From the human T2T-CHM13v2.0 reference genome, Homo sapiens: a stretch of DNA of 64,000 nt. Positions 26,703 to 44,903 of the stretch are shown piece by piece. Where the stretch lies: the NCBI RefSeq assembly GCF_009914755.1, contig NC_060926.1; one strand, given 5' to 3'. The position numbers were made by a program, and so were the translations under genes. Below the pieces are notes generated by a model. It was given only the letters and a program-made list of their open reading frames with translations. It did not search any database and was not told the DNA's origin. Position 1 is the first letter of the stretch, and each line of letters starts with the position of its first letter.

Positions 26703-27942
26703 GCCCCCCGCCCCCCGCTCGAAGTCTAAAAATTTTACAAGGTGGGGGTAATTGAAGGACTATTTACAAAGACGTGGGCAGGGTTGGAAGAAAACCAACA
26801 TGGGAGGATGAAGCATCTTGGAGCAAGCAACTTCAGCCTAAAAAAGCAAGAACAGGGAATAGGGTTCGGGTAACCCCAGACCCACTGAGAGCTTAGATGG
26901 CAGAGGGAATCCCCTGACCAGAGCTGAGGCCCTTAGCAAAGAAAGGCAGCCACAGCCAGGCAGGAAGAGGTTGAGGGGTGGGGATCAGATCTCAAGCTCA
27001 TTCTCCATATGCCTTCTTTCTCATATCCTACCAGTGCCCCCACTTTAACCAAATTTAGCCCATAGTCAGGGAGCTTGGGAGCTGGCTGAAGCAGTCCATC
27101 AAGGTCAGCCTCCCTGGAGAAAGGCAGAGAGTGGACTGGAGAGGAGAAATGGAACCCACCCAGCGCAGGTTGCATGAAGAAATTGGTGTGATAATACAGC
27201 TGCAGTTTTGGGCTGCAGCCAGAGTTTTAGGCTGAAGCCTTAATGTGGCTTACTGCAGAATTTGGACTTTATCCTATAGACAAGAAGATAGCAGTCAATT
27301 TCATCCCGTGTGCCAAATCGGAATTGGCAACTGAGAGCACTGTGTTAAGAAGGGATCTCAGGCTGTCTCTGTGCAGGATTGATGGAGGTGCTTGTGTGAG
27401 TATGGAGGGAGCCCAGTGGTGAAGCCTTTTAAGAAATAGTGATGTTAGATTCAAGCAGCAACAAATGTAGGACTCACATGAAATCAAACCTTAATGTCTG
27501 TTTTGGGTCCTTTGTGATACTTCTATTGTCACTCTCACCCACAGATGATTTACGAGGAAAAAGCACAAATGGTTTCTTAAGACAGAGGTTGCCATGTTTT
27601 GAATCATAGGATCCCATCATTATGACTACAAGCTGATTGAGCCAGGGCTCAGCCCTGGAGTGAAAGGCAGCCTTCTATAGGCTGGTCAGCATTTTATGAC
27701 ATGGCTTGGCATGGGGACGTCATCCAATTAAGATCATGCATATTGTGTAGTGACTAACAGACTCAGTCGAATTGCTCCCTCAGCAAGTCTGAATGCAAGA
27801 CCCAGACATAAATGTTAGAGTTCTGACAAACCTCAGAGAAAAGAGGGAGGTTGTAAAGAAACAGAAGCCTCAAGACACAGGAAACAATAGGAACTCAGAA
27901 GCCAGAGGTGGAGGGGGGAATGAAAAGTCTGTAGAAAAGATA

Positions 27943-28405
<463 letters not shown>

Positions 28406-30126
28406 CTAGAGGAACTGTTATGTTTCAGGATAGAATGGCTCAGAGAGGACCTTAGGAAAGAAGCTGGCTGTGTGGCTGCTGCAGTTTTCTTAGTTCTTGA
28501 GGAATTATATTATAAACCCCTCTCAGTGGAGGGAGCCTGTGGGGATCTCGCAGTGCAACCAGAATGTGCTGATCCCTACTACTTTGAAGGATTTACACTT
28601 AATTGCAAGTAGGTCGTTATTTCTCTCACTGTAGTTGCGAATGGTGGCTGGTGAGGAAGAACAATGGGGAGAGGAAGTTAGATCCCTCTGCTCACCTGTG
28701 TACCCTCAGGGCCTGACATGCCTGGAACAACCAGGTACTTAATCCTACCTGGTGAATGGAAGCTTGAAAGGTGCGCTAAACTCGCCTTTGTCTGACTTGG
28801 CAGAAATTTGATCACCTGCCCTTTCCTGTCACAACAGAGGTAACTTATCCCTGGACACTTGGCCTGGCTGTGTCTTCTTGTAGCTTGATGATTTTTTTTC
28901 CCCCCATGTTGGCTCCTTCCTTTTTATCCAGGAAACTGATAGAGGGTTTTGATTAATGAATAACTTTTTAATTGCTTTGCTTTCTTCTGATGGATGCCAT
29001 GAAGGGAGGTATTGCTAAAAAGTTAGTTGATGGTGAAACATCTGACAAGTTTAAAAATGTATTTCAATTACTATGTTTTAGGAAGGCTGTGGACAGCCGG
29101 CCTGGTGTGATTTTAACTTTTTTGACTTCTAATTAAGATGTCAAGACATTTGCATTTTTCAAAAAGCACTTTCACTTCCTCTTGTTACAGTTTTCGTTAA
29201 TGATTAAGTCCTCTGTGGTCCCGATTAGAATTATATCCTGAACTAAGGCATTCTTGCATTTTATCTAGCAGGAGATTTTCTTGTGAGAAAACACTGTCAC
29301 AGTTTCCAGGCAACGCATCAAGAGTGTTCCTGTCTATATTAGGAATCTATGAAAATACCAAAATTTGGGGCATCTGCAGGTCTTTATTATTCTTCTTGCC
29401 TGGTGAGATACATTCCATATACTGAGAAAGTGAAACATTGAAAAATCAAGGCGAGACTGTGACTTGTATTTTTTGATTAATTAATTTTTAATTTTATAAT
29501 TGACACATAATAATTGTATATGTTTATGGGGCACAGCGCAATATCTCAGCACGTAGGTGTGTGACTCATGTTTTTTGTCCCCTCAATCTTGCTTCAAGCA
29601 CAACAAAAAGTCCCTGAGGCTTGGGCCAGAGCGGATGAAAAGGGAAGGCACCAACTACCTAAGATCTTGAAGGCAAGGCTTGGGAGTCTTGGGAAAGGGG
29701 GCAGTGGTTTCCCTCAACCATTTTAAATACTATTCTCTCCTCCCCCAAATGCTCATTGGCAGTGCTATACCTCTATTGTTTAATGAGAAAACACCTGGTT
29801 CATTGTTACTTTGTTTATTTGGTAAATGCCTTCATAAGAAATGCCCTTTCTGTCATCTCAGGGTATGTTTTGATTTGTCCAAATGGCAAAAATTTTGTTT
29901 CCATAAAATTTTATGAAAAACTGCCCATCAAAGCAAAGATTCCTGTGGGTGTGGTGGTGAATGCACAGGCTGCTGGGGTAATGTGTCGGCAGCTAAAAAA
30001 GACCAGGCCTTAATTGGTAGAGAAAGGGCTTAGGTGAAAGATAATTAAAGGGTGGCTGTGAAATAGAACATCAAGTATTTTGTTTAAAGCTTGACAAATG
30101 GAAGGAGCCTCTGTTAGAAGTTGGTT

Positions 30127-30170
30127 TGTATATTAGAGTTCTCTAGAGGGACAGACCTAACAGAATGGAG

Positions 30171-30205
<35 letters not shown>

Positions 30206-30696
30206 TATGTGTATATGTGTGTATATATATGTGTATATATACACATATATATATGTGTATATATATACACACATATACACATATACATATATATATACAC
30301 ATATATATATATGGAGTTTATTTAGTATTAACTCACACAATCACGAGGTCCCACAATAGGCCTTCTGCAGGCTGAGGAACAAGGAGAGCCAGTCTGAGTT
30401 CCAAAACTGAAGAACTTGGAGTCTAATGTTTGAGAGCAAGAAGCATCTGGCATGGGAGAAGATGTAGGCTGGGAAGTTAGGCCAGTCTCTCTTTTTACAT
30501 TTTTCTGCCTGCTTATATTCTAGCTGAGGTGGCAGCTGATTAGATTGTGCCCACTCAGATTAAGAGTGAGTCTGCCTTTCCCAGCCCACTGACTCAAATG
30601 TTAATCTCCTTTGGCAACACCCTCACAGACACACCCAGGATCAATACTTTGTATCCTTCAATCCAATCAAGTTGACACTCAGTATTAACCATCACA
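30127..30696 (-). mobile_element. MLT2A (probably MLT2A1) 3' LTR of HERV-L, with (TA/CA)n microsatellite 30171-30312
   Basis: Plus strand tgta..ttagagttctctagagggacaga...cagtattaaccatcaca is reverse MLT2A; adjoins PPT-like caagttgacaaaaggtggact on minus. Confidence 0.9.
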
Positions 30697-35262
<4,566 letters not shown>

Positions 35263-35551
35263 TCAATACTGCCTTATAAAAACTGGTTCTGCCATTTTTC
35301 TCGCAACTTTTACTACAGGCATTATTTGTACTTTCTGCACAAGGAAATGTAGAATAGCATTTGGGAGAAGGTGGCTTCTGAGCCTGCTGTGCTGCTGTTT
35401 CCAGAGCTTCAGGGCTTGGCTGTCAACCTTCTGCTCACTGACTGCTGCTATGTGCCAAGGAGAGCACAGAGAAGTGTTTGAGTGTCAGAAAAGCACATTT
35501 GTCCTTAATTTTATTTTGACAGACTTGTTTTATAGCCTCATGTTTTGTGTG

Positions 35552-35857
<306 letters not shown>

Positions 35858-38409
35858 TGTTTTTTATGTTTTAAAATACTGTTTTTTTAACATTTTGTTA
35901 AGCTACTTTAAACTGGTGTTGCAAGTAGATCAAATTTGCACATTAGGACAACTTCAGTCTCTCTTCCAGTTGTCTTTTTTTCCTCCTCAGTCTACAAACA
36001 TACTTCAAGTCATTAATCCCCTTCTTCACCCACCGCAGAACATCAGCTTTCAGCCTAGCAGCGCTGGAATCTGACACTCTCTGCTTCCTTTAACCATGGA
36101 ACATCTTAAAAGAGCCATCTGAGATCTACACTCCCTTCTACTTTTTCACACATTTCATGCCTGCTGCATGACTCTAGCTGGTATAGTGTGAATTAAAAGA
36201 AAATAAAACCAGGAAAGTGTATTCAGCATAAGAGATCATTTTTGAGGGTTACTTTGTCCATGTGTAATTTCATTGAGAGTAGCTGTCTAATTTTAAATGA
36301 AAAGTTTTAAAATAGTTAATTCTCTTCTGATGTACATAAAAAGTAGATTCCTCTGTATTTAAACTGTATTCTCAATGGTGAGGCCCAGGGCTTTGGCAGG
36401 GAGGCTGACTCATGGTTCAGTGGCTTCTTTCCCTGGCCTCAAGGTCAACAATAGCCATTCCTCACGTGGTAGAACCATTACATTTGTTTAATAGATTTAT
36501 GTTCTTCTCCCACAAGTAGTTTTCATCATCAGAAAGTATTTGTCAAATATCCAATTGTAAAAGATTTGTTCAACTGTGTTCTACAAAGGGAAAAATTTAA
36601 TCACAATATCCAAAGGATATTATAAAAGTAATTAAAATTCCATATACATCTAGACATGGAAACACATTCATGATCTATTGTTCAACCAGAAAAAGCAGAT
36701 TAAAAAGTAGAGTTTATAATATGAAGTTTAAATGTACACATTTTAAAACTGTAAAGTATATATTTGAATATATTTTTTCAAAAGGATCTGGAGTGATGAA
36801 CCAAATGTTTCCAGGGATTGTTCTTGGGCACAGAGGGTTTAAATGTCATTTTTATTTTCTTACTTGTAATTTTCTGTATACTCTGCATTGTTTACAATAC
36901 GAAGGTAGGAATTTTATGTTTAGAAAAAATTAAATTATTTTAATTTTATAAAAAGATTCTAAGGACATTTTATACTTTTGAGGAATATTAGTTACTAAGA
37001 TTATTACCATTGATCCACATTAGAACCTTAAATAAATTATCATTGACATCTTTTTTAATAAAGTGCCAAATATCAACTGTATTGATTAGGAACCTTACCT
37101 TGAAGAAATATTTATTAAACTATGTGAAGTACTCCAGTAGCTTTCTTAAACGAAACAAAATGGTACCCCCATGTCTCTACATGAAGATGCCACATGGAAT
37201 TACAGTATATCTTTTCCTGTTCTGTCCAAGCAACCACATGAAATGCTAAGAACTTAAAATACATAATGTTCTTTTGCACTAATGGGAATTTCTTAATGCA
37301 CTGAAAGATTTCAGCCTTAAAAATATCCTTCCTTGGGCAAAAATATATTCTTAAAGAACTCAGGAACATCTTAAGAGATACAGATGTTGAATGTTATATC
37401 TCCTCTTCCCTCTGGTATATTTTTGGCATGTATCTTCTGTTGTTTCTTTAAAAGTTGCTTTTGAATATCTCTTTTAATTGTTGTACGTCATTGTTTTAGC
37501 TATTTACTCACTTGCAGGCAACGTCTTGGGCATGCTTTTTGTTGGATCTTGGTTTCTCTTCATCTGGTGACAGTGGTTGAAGTAAAGGAATTTTTAAAGT
37601 AAGATTAAATAACAATACTTAGTACTTATAGCAGACATAAAATATTATCTGACAGACTTTTTATACTGGTGTGTTTTAAAAGTATCTTTTTATCTTCTCC
37701 CTTTTTTGATTTTGTTGGGTGATGTTTTTCGTAAGTACAGAAAAACATCGAACAATTTAATTGTGTAATTCATCTTCATGTCTGTGAATATTAGATACCA
37801 GTATCATAAAATTTGATTAATTATGCAAATATCCTTGAACATATAAAATACCTAGTCCCCTAGGTGATTACTAAATGAGTTTCTTTTGGCTAAGAATCTA
37901 AAATGCTTTTTAAGAAACCAAAATGTAGTTTCTTTTTGCAATGTGTTTCTGTACTAGTATTTGAACTCTGAAGTATCTAATGGTTTTTGAATCCACTCTA
38001 ATATAATGGTGTAACATTGGAAAGATCTGTCTCAGGGGACCCTTAAATTTACCCTTCCTCAGAGCAGACAGTTTTATAGCCCTCAGTATTAAGATTCAGA
38101 CCGCAAGCTCAGCAGGAGTCAATAGATCAGTCAGAGTGGAGCCTCGCTGAACAAACCTGAAATCAGAACGATCAAATATTGAATCATGACATTATAGTAA
38201 GGAATGCCTCCGAAGTAATTGTCACATTTGCTTGTAGTGACCTTTATAAAATACCCACGCTTGAAAATGACATTTTTAATGCTTCCTCCTCTAAAAAACT
38301 GTGACAATCTTAAAATTGGAAATGTTACCAGAATGGCCATTGTCTGGTGAAGTAGAAGTGCTGCATCATGGATTGAAACCATTCTCGGCTTTGCCCTATG
38401 AATCATATA

Positions 38410-38705
38410 TTTTTTTTAATTTCAGCTTTATTTTACTAATTTTTTAAAATTTAATTTAGATTCATTGAGTACATATTCAGATTTGTTACATGGGTGTATT
38501 GCGTGATGCTGAGGTCTGGGTGTCTAACGATCCCATCGCCCAAGGTAGTGACCATAGTACCTGATGAGTCATTTTTCAACCCTTGTCCCTCTCCTTCCCT
38601 CCCCGCTTTTGAAATCCCCAGTGTCTATCGTTCCCATCCTTGGGTCTGTTTGTACCCAATGTTTAGCTCCCACATATAAGTGAGAACATGCAGTATCTGG
38701 GTTTC
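38410..38705 (-). mobile_element. L1PA16/PB-like 3' UTR fragment
   Basis: tttgttacatgggtgtattgcgtgatgctgagg...agctcccacatataagtgagaacatgcagtat. Confidence 0.8.
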
Positions 38706-41700
38706 TTTAGCTTATTTTACTTCCAAAGAAAAGGATTTATGAGGGGCTACCGTAGAGAAAAGGAATAATGACAATTTTCTTTCCTGTTGCTCTTCCCTCT
38801 GCCATTTCTTCTCGCTGGTATTTTCTTTGCAGGTCTGTGTTGTGCCAAGAGTAGATATTGTTTGTTTTCCACTTGTTTGTTTTTTTTAACCATTGGTTTT
38901 GGTGCTGTTGACTTAGGTTGTGTGCTACAGGGATCTTGGCTATAGTGAGCCTTTCAGGGCCTCACATGGCCCCTCACAGAGGTCTGTGTGTTCCATGTCT
39001 GTGCTGTATTTTGCAGGGGAGGCAGTGTAATAGGCTAAGATGGTGCTTGGCTTCTTACACATCTAAAACATGTCATGTAACCTCTACTGTAACCTCTACC
39101 ACCTTGGTTTCCTTATCTGTGAAATGGGGAGAAATAATCACATATACCTCCTAGAGTTCTGAGATGTAAATAAGATCATCTGTGGAAGTGCTGAACACAT
39201 GGTATTTGGTGTCAAGTCAGCCTTCAAAGGTTATTTTTACTATTGTCTCTACCATCCCACCATTACCAACACTGCTGTTGCTGCTACTACTGCTAATGGC
39301 ACTTCTATTATTTTAATGTGACAAGGTCTTTTCCAAGAAGAAATTCCTCTCTTGTTGTAGAGCATGGGTGATGGGAGACAAGGGACCTTGGGACCATACA
39401 GATGGTGCAGATCTACTTTCTTATGCCACTTCATAAGGGTAGACTCTAGTTTGAGCTAATCATGTGCTTTAAATTGTTGCATTGCAGCATAGGGAAGCAT
39501 TCAGCCATATTGTTTTCCAGGATTTGCGTGGTAGGAGTTTGGCAGTCCTTCCTTCTGGTGGTCTGTGGCACCCAATCATTTGCCATAAAAGTGCTTTTCC
39601 AGGTTCTGCTTCTTTTCATCTACGCTTACTGAGTTGTGGAAATTTTTAGAGAGTTTCTTATTCTGAAATAACACTACTAATATTCAGCCAGTGTCTATCA
39701 AGTGGATACAATGTGCCAGACTGTGAACCCTCTGGGGTGGATAAGCCTGCTGGTCCCTGCTCTTGAAGAGCTCTCAGTGCATTGGTGGAGACAGGTAAAC
39801 AGGTGAGCAGGACATATGCAGGAAAAGGACAAATTCTTTTTCAAAGTTCATCTGAACGAGATCTCTTTTTCTCAGAGTCCTTGATTCCCCATAAGAAAAC
39901 ACCAAACCAACAATTTTGAGTGCCGTTGCCTCCAAGACGCCTGATAGAAATGTTAAGAGGATTTGAAACTTATCAAGGATAGAACTAGGTGCAGCAGAAG
40001 ATCTCAGGCTTTAGAAAACAATACATTGCAGCTTTGGGGGAAAAAATCTTTGGAGTTTTTTTTATTAGAGTATACGAAGTATGGATTCATGCATAAGACT
40101 AAAATATTATGTTAAGAGAATTTTAAGATAGGAAAATAAATTGTGAGCATGGGTAATAAAATAAAGCTTTTAGCATGCAAGCATCCAGACTCCAATTAGT
40201 CCCTGACCAGACCCCGACCCAGGAGACAGTTAACTGTCCAGGGACCAGGAAGAGAGGATCCTTTAGAGGTCCTTGACTCTGAGCAAAGTTATGAGAATAA
40301 GGCCACTTCTGTGGAGCCCCCATGGGTAATGATCATCCTGTGTAAGGTGAAGATAGTAACTAATTGCTGCTGCTGCTGGAACCTGGCCTTGCTGAACTTG
40401 GTGGACCTCCTTGAACCTTAGAGCAGGGGGTCACAAACCAGGACTTGTTGGACCAAACATTGACCACTGACATGCTTTGTTCACACATAGCTTTACTAGT
40501 GGAGCCTGTCTAAACTTTCTGCCTTCTGTTCTTTGAGACAATGGAAGCTGTAGCAGCACTGGCTTGCATTCCTGCATAACCATAAGAGGTTGCTTTCCAG
40601 TTCCAGTTGCTTCCTTGCACCATAGCAGCTCCCTCAGTCCCCAGGGCTCCCTCTTGTCCCACACCTGCAGTTGCTTTGCTGACTCACACCAGTTGCTTGA
40701 CCCACATAGGCATTTCAATTCATGACTCCTGGCCTAGAAAATTCCAGAGAGAAGGAGAATAGCCATGGTTCCTGAGGGAGAAGGACTGTGCTACCCTTGG
40801 GACTAGGATGACCCCGTCTAATGCTCCCTGATGTAGTGGGCAGTCCCCAGAGGAGAGGCTCAGAATCACTTTGGAACGATTAGACCATACAGAGCTGCCG
40901 CTCTCGATGGGAGGATGTGTGGAAAAGGCTGATGACCAGCAATTAGGTGTGAAGTCTTTTTATTCTGTGCCTGCTCTGTAGACCCCGAAGGCTTAGATGT
41001 CCTCTCCTCTGAATCCTCCCAATGCCAGGCTTAGATGGATCTACTACCTGCCTCATCATCTGGGTACCATCCCAGGAGCTTCCTGCTTGGCCTAGGCTGA
41101 AGAGAAAGGCTACAGTGGGCTTTGCAGAATGTAAAGGGTTCAGATTGTCAGAAGAGTTGGAGAGAACATTCCAGAAGGGCGGAACTACAGAGCAAAGAAC
41201 TAGAAGTGGGATTAAATGTGCCATGTGGAAGGAACATTTGGGGACTGAAAAGAGCAGAGGAACGAGTGGAAATAAAGTCATGGGTCTACTCAATCTGCCC
41301 TTGAAAGCTAGGTGAACACTCTGGGGGCTTATACCTAGAGAAACCAGTCATTGTTAATTTTAAATCAGGGGGTAGCCTGAAGAGTGTTGATGATGAGGGA
41401 GCTGAGTACGGTATAGGTAGAAATAATGAGAGATAAGAGGTGGAGGAGTCATTGGAAGGTGGTGACTTCAGTCACCTTGGATTTCTTAGATGCTGGTAAT
41501 GGCAGGAGAGTGGAGAGACAGGGATGAGTCAGAGACATCAAACACAAAACAAACAAACAACCCAAGAAAACCTTTTTTCTTATTGCACAAGCAGTATGTT
41601 TTTAATGTAGGAACTATAAATAGTCAAAAGTTTTAAATGAAACAGTCGATCCGAGTACCCAGAACCCTGAGGGTTACTTGTTGTTGCTATCCGGGGGAAT

Positions 41701-44174
41701 AGCTTTCTAGATAATGTTTTCTATGCATGGGTTATATCCATCTTTAATAAAAGTATGGTTTTCCAGCTTAATTTTCTAATGTATAAGTCCATCTTTAGCT
41801 TTGTTCCACATCAATAAACATTCATGTACAAAACTTTAATCACTATTTCATTGGCTGTTCATTATTCATCATGATTTATCTCTGCCAGCCAATTAAGATC
41901 CTTTCCATTTTTGGCTAAACAGTGGAATAAATATTTAATGTGGATATCCTTATTGATTTGATTGAGCCATTTTGAACAGATTGACAGGAATCAAAGATGG
42001 ATGCCTTCTTTGTCCGTCGTATCCAGTGATAACTCAACATTTGGAGCCTGAAGGATTTGGGGCATGATGGAAATGTTACTGAAATAAATGAGAAAATATG
42101 GAAAAAAGAAGGATTGAGTTGTAAAGGAAGTCCGTAAACTCAGTAGTAAAGAAATTTTTGCTGCTATAGGTGACAGTAGTCCCTGTTAATAGTTGCTTGA
42201 AATTTTTATTCTTTTCTCATAGAACAAGAGGTTAGAGGCTGGTGAATGCTGACATTTGTTCAGCTGCTCCACAATATCATCAGACTCAAGCTGCCTCTTT
42301 CTTTATGCTCCTCCATGTTTTGCCTGTTGGCTTGTTGCCTCATATGCTAAGATAGCTGCTGTTGCTTCTGACATCAGAACCATGTTCCAGCTAGGAACAA
42401 GGTGGAGTAGTGATGGCTGCTTGTATCCTTTTTATAAAGAAAACAAAAGCATATCCAGAAGATCTTGCCTCTGACCCACCCACCTCCCTACTTCTCACTG
42501 ACAGGACTGAGTGTCATGGCCACCCCTAATTGCAAATGAGGTTGGGAAAGAAGGAAGTTGAATTGCCAGACTGACTTGCACTATTGCCTGAGGTTTGGCC
42601 TGAGTTTGAGTTCTGCTAACAAGCCACAAGAAAGAGGGTAGTGTCCGGTAAGCAATTAACAGTGTCTGTGTGTTATGCTTTGAGAAATTGAGTTCCTGGG
42701 CATTCACGAGGTTTTGTTGGGGCAGTAAAGAACCCCTGATATCTGGGCCGAGGATCCATAATAAAAGAGAAAATTAGAGTGATTGTTGCAGAACCATAGA
42801 GGGAACAGAGGTTGACTAATCAGACACAAGTTAAATAACAGATTGTTCCATTTGAAGGAGAAAACCCTATGAGAAGTGAGAAGAACTATGCTTTACTGCA
42901 TTTTACATAGATGGTTTCATTTAATTCATGTAATTTTCCTCCTGAGAACCTAGTCATTCTACAAACATTTATTGAATGTTTACTATATGCCAGCCACTGA
43001 GCTAGGCACTGGGAATACAGTGGTGAGTAAAACAGGCAAAGCCTCTTCAATGCTGAGCTCACGGGTTAGTGAAGGAGGTAAAAAAAAAATAACCAGAGGG
43101 GCACATAACAAATAATGTCAGGTAGAAATAAGCACAGCAAGAAAACTCATAGCTAAACAAGGGGATAGAGAGAGCAAGAGAGGTGTATCTCCAACACCAC
43201 GAAGCAATTTCTCTTGTCACCATTTTATTGCCAAGGATGCTGAGGCAGGCCAGCTAGAATCCCAAGTGACCAGGTAGTATTCGGCAGGACCTTGCTTATG
43301 ATCTAGGTTGGACTCCGAAGCACATGCTTGGGAATACGTCATGCAGCTGGGAATTGGGGAAACATTTAGTGTCTGCATCTAAGTGGAGAGCTGGAGTCTC
43401 TCATGGGACTCGGTGAGAAGAATTCAAGCTCTGTACCATAAAGCTCTTTGGAGTTTTATCTTTGCTCTACATCAGGAACACTCAATGCATGATTTTTACC
43501 ATGACTTCTTGGTCTCTGCTGGCCAAGTGTGGTTGTTCAAACAAAAGGACTGTACCCCACCATGCCATGAGCCATGTGGGACATACCAGCACCTGCTTTG
43601 TGTGCAAGCTGGAGGGATGGTTGAAAAGAGCACAGGCTCTGGAGTCCAACTGATTGGGTTTGCACACTTACTCTCCCACTTGTTGGTGCATAAACATGGG
43701 CAAGTTAGCCTCTATGGGACTGAGTTTACCCACCTGCAGAGTTTCTACTGTGTTGTAGTGGAGAACATGTGAGATAAGACAGATAATGGGAGCACAGGAA
43801 ATGCTTAATAAGCGCTGTGTTGTTTTTGTTGGTAGCATTTAGAAACTCTGCATTATTTTTTGTTATGCTCACATTGCAGAGCTAGCCTCAGAAAGACATG
43901 CTTTTCCATGCAGAAGTCTCAAATTCACAAGTTTATAAATTGTGAACAGCCTGGTGACATGATAAGGCACTGTGTTCCCCTGATGGCATATTTCTGAAGC
44001 ACAGCATGCTCAAAATTTTATCTTCCCGTGTTACATGCTTTTGCAGACAGCACAATATGGAACCAGTCAGGCTCCTAATTATGACAGCAGTCCAGAGCCA
44101 GAATCCAGTCATCCAGTTGACAAAGGACTTGGTACAGAGAACAGTGACCAGCTGTTCCCCATCTCCAGTGAGCA

Positions 44175-44320
44175 GCGAGTAAGAGGAAATGGGTTTAAGC
44201 TGCATGAAGGATTTGGGTTATTTATGGTGGAATTTCCTGACCGTGAAGGTTGCTCAACATTAGGACTGGATTACAGAGAGAGGGTGTAGAATTTCCGTCT
44301 GTGGAGATTCCGAAAACATG
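44175..44320 (+). mobile_element. L3/CR1 3' fragment
   Basis: agaggaaatgggtttaagctgca...aatttcctgaccgtgaagg...gtagaatttccgtctgtggagatt resembles CR1/L3 ORF2 end. Confidence 0.55.
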
Positions 44321-44603
44321 TTCTTGTTTGCGAGATGACTACAGATGCTGCCTTCCCACTGTGCGTTCTGTCTTGTCTCTCTCCCTTTCTACCCATCTGG
44401 TCGTTGAAACCAAATGAACCTTCTCTAAGACATTGAGGGTGGGGCTGCTATTTGGAGAAGGGAAAAGAGCTCACAGTTAACTGGTCAGAACATCATCCAC
44501 TTTTTGACATTTTGATTGCAGGCTTTGGCATTTTGGGTGAGGACACACAAACACAAATTCATTTAGTTAACCTAGGACTGAAAAGCCCACCTGGGCCAGG
44601 TGA

Positions 44604-44903
<300 letters not shown>

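Noticed and set aside
30114-30375. YI/HT-repeat ORFs
   Set aside because: Translations of the TA/CA microsatellite in the MLT2A LTR.
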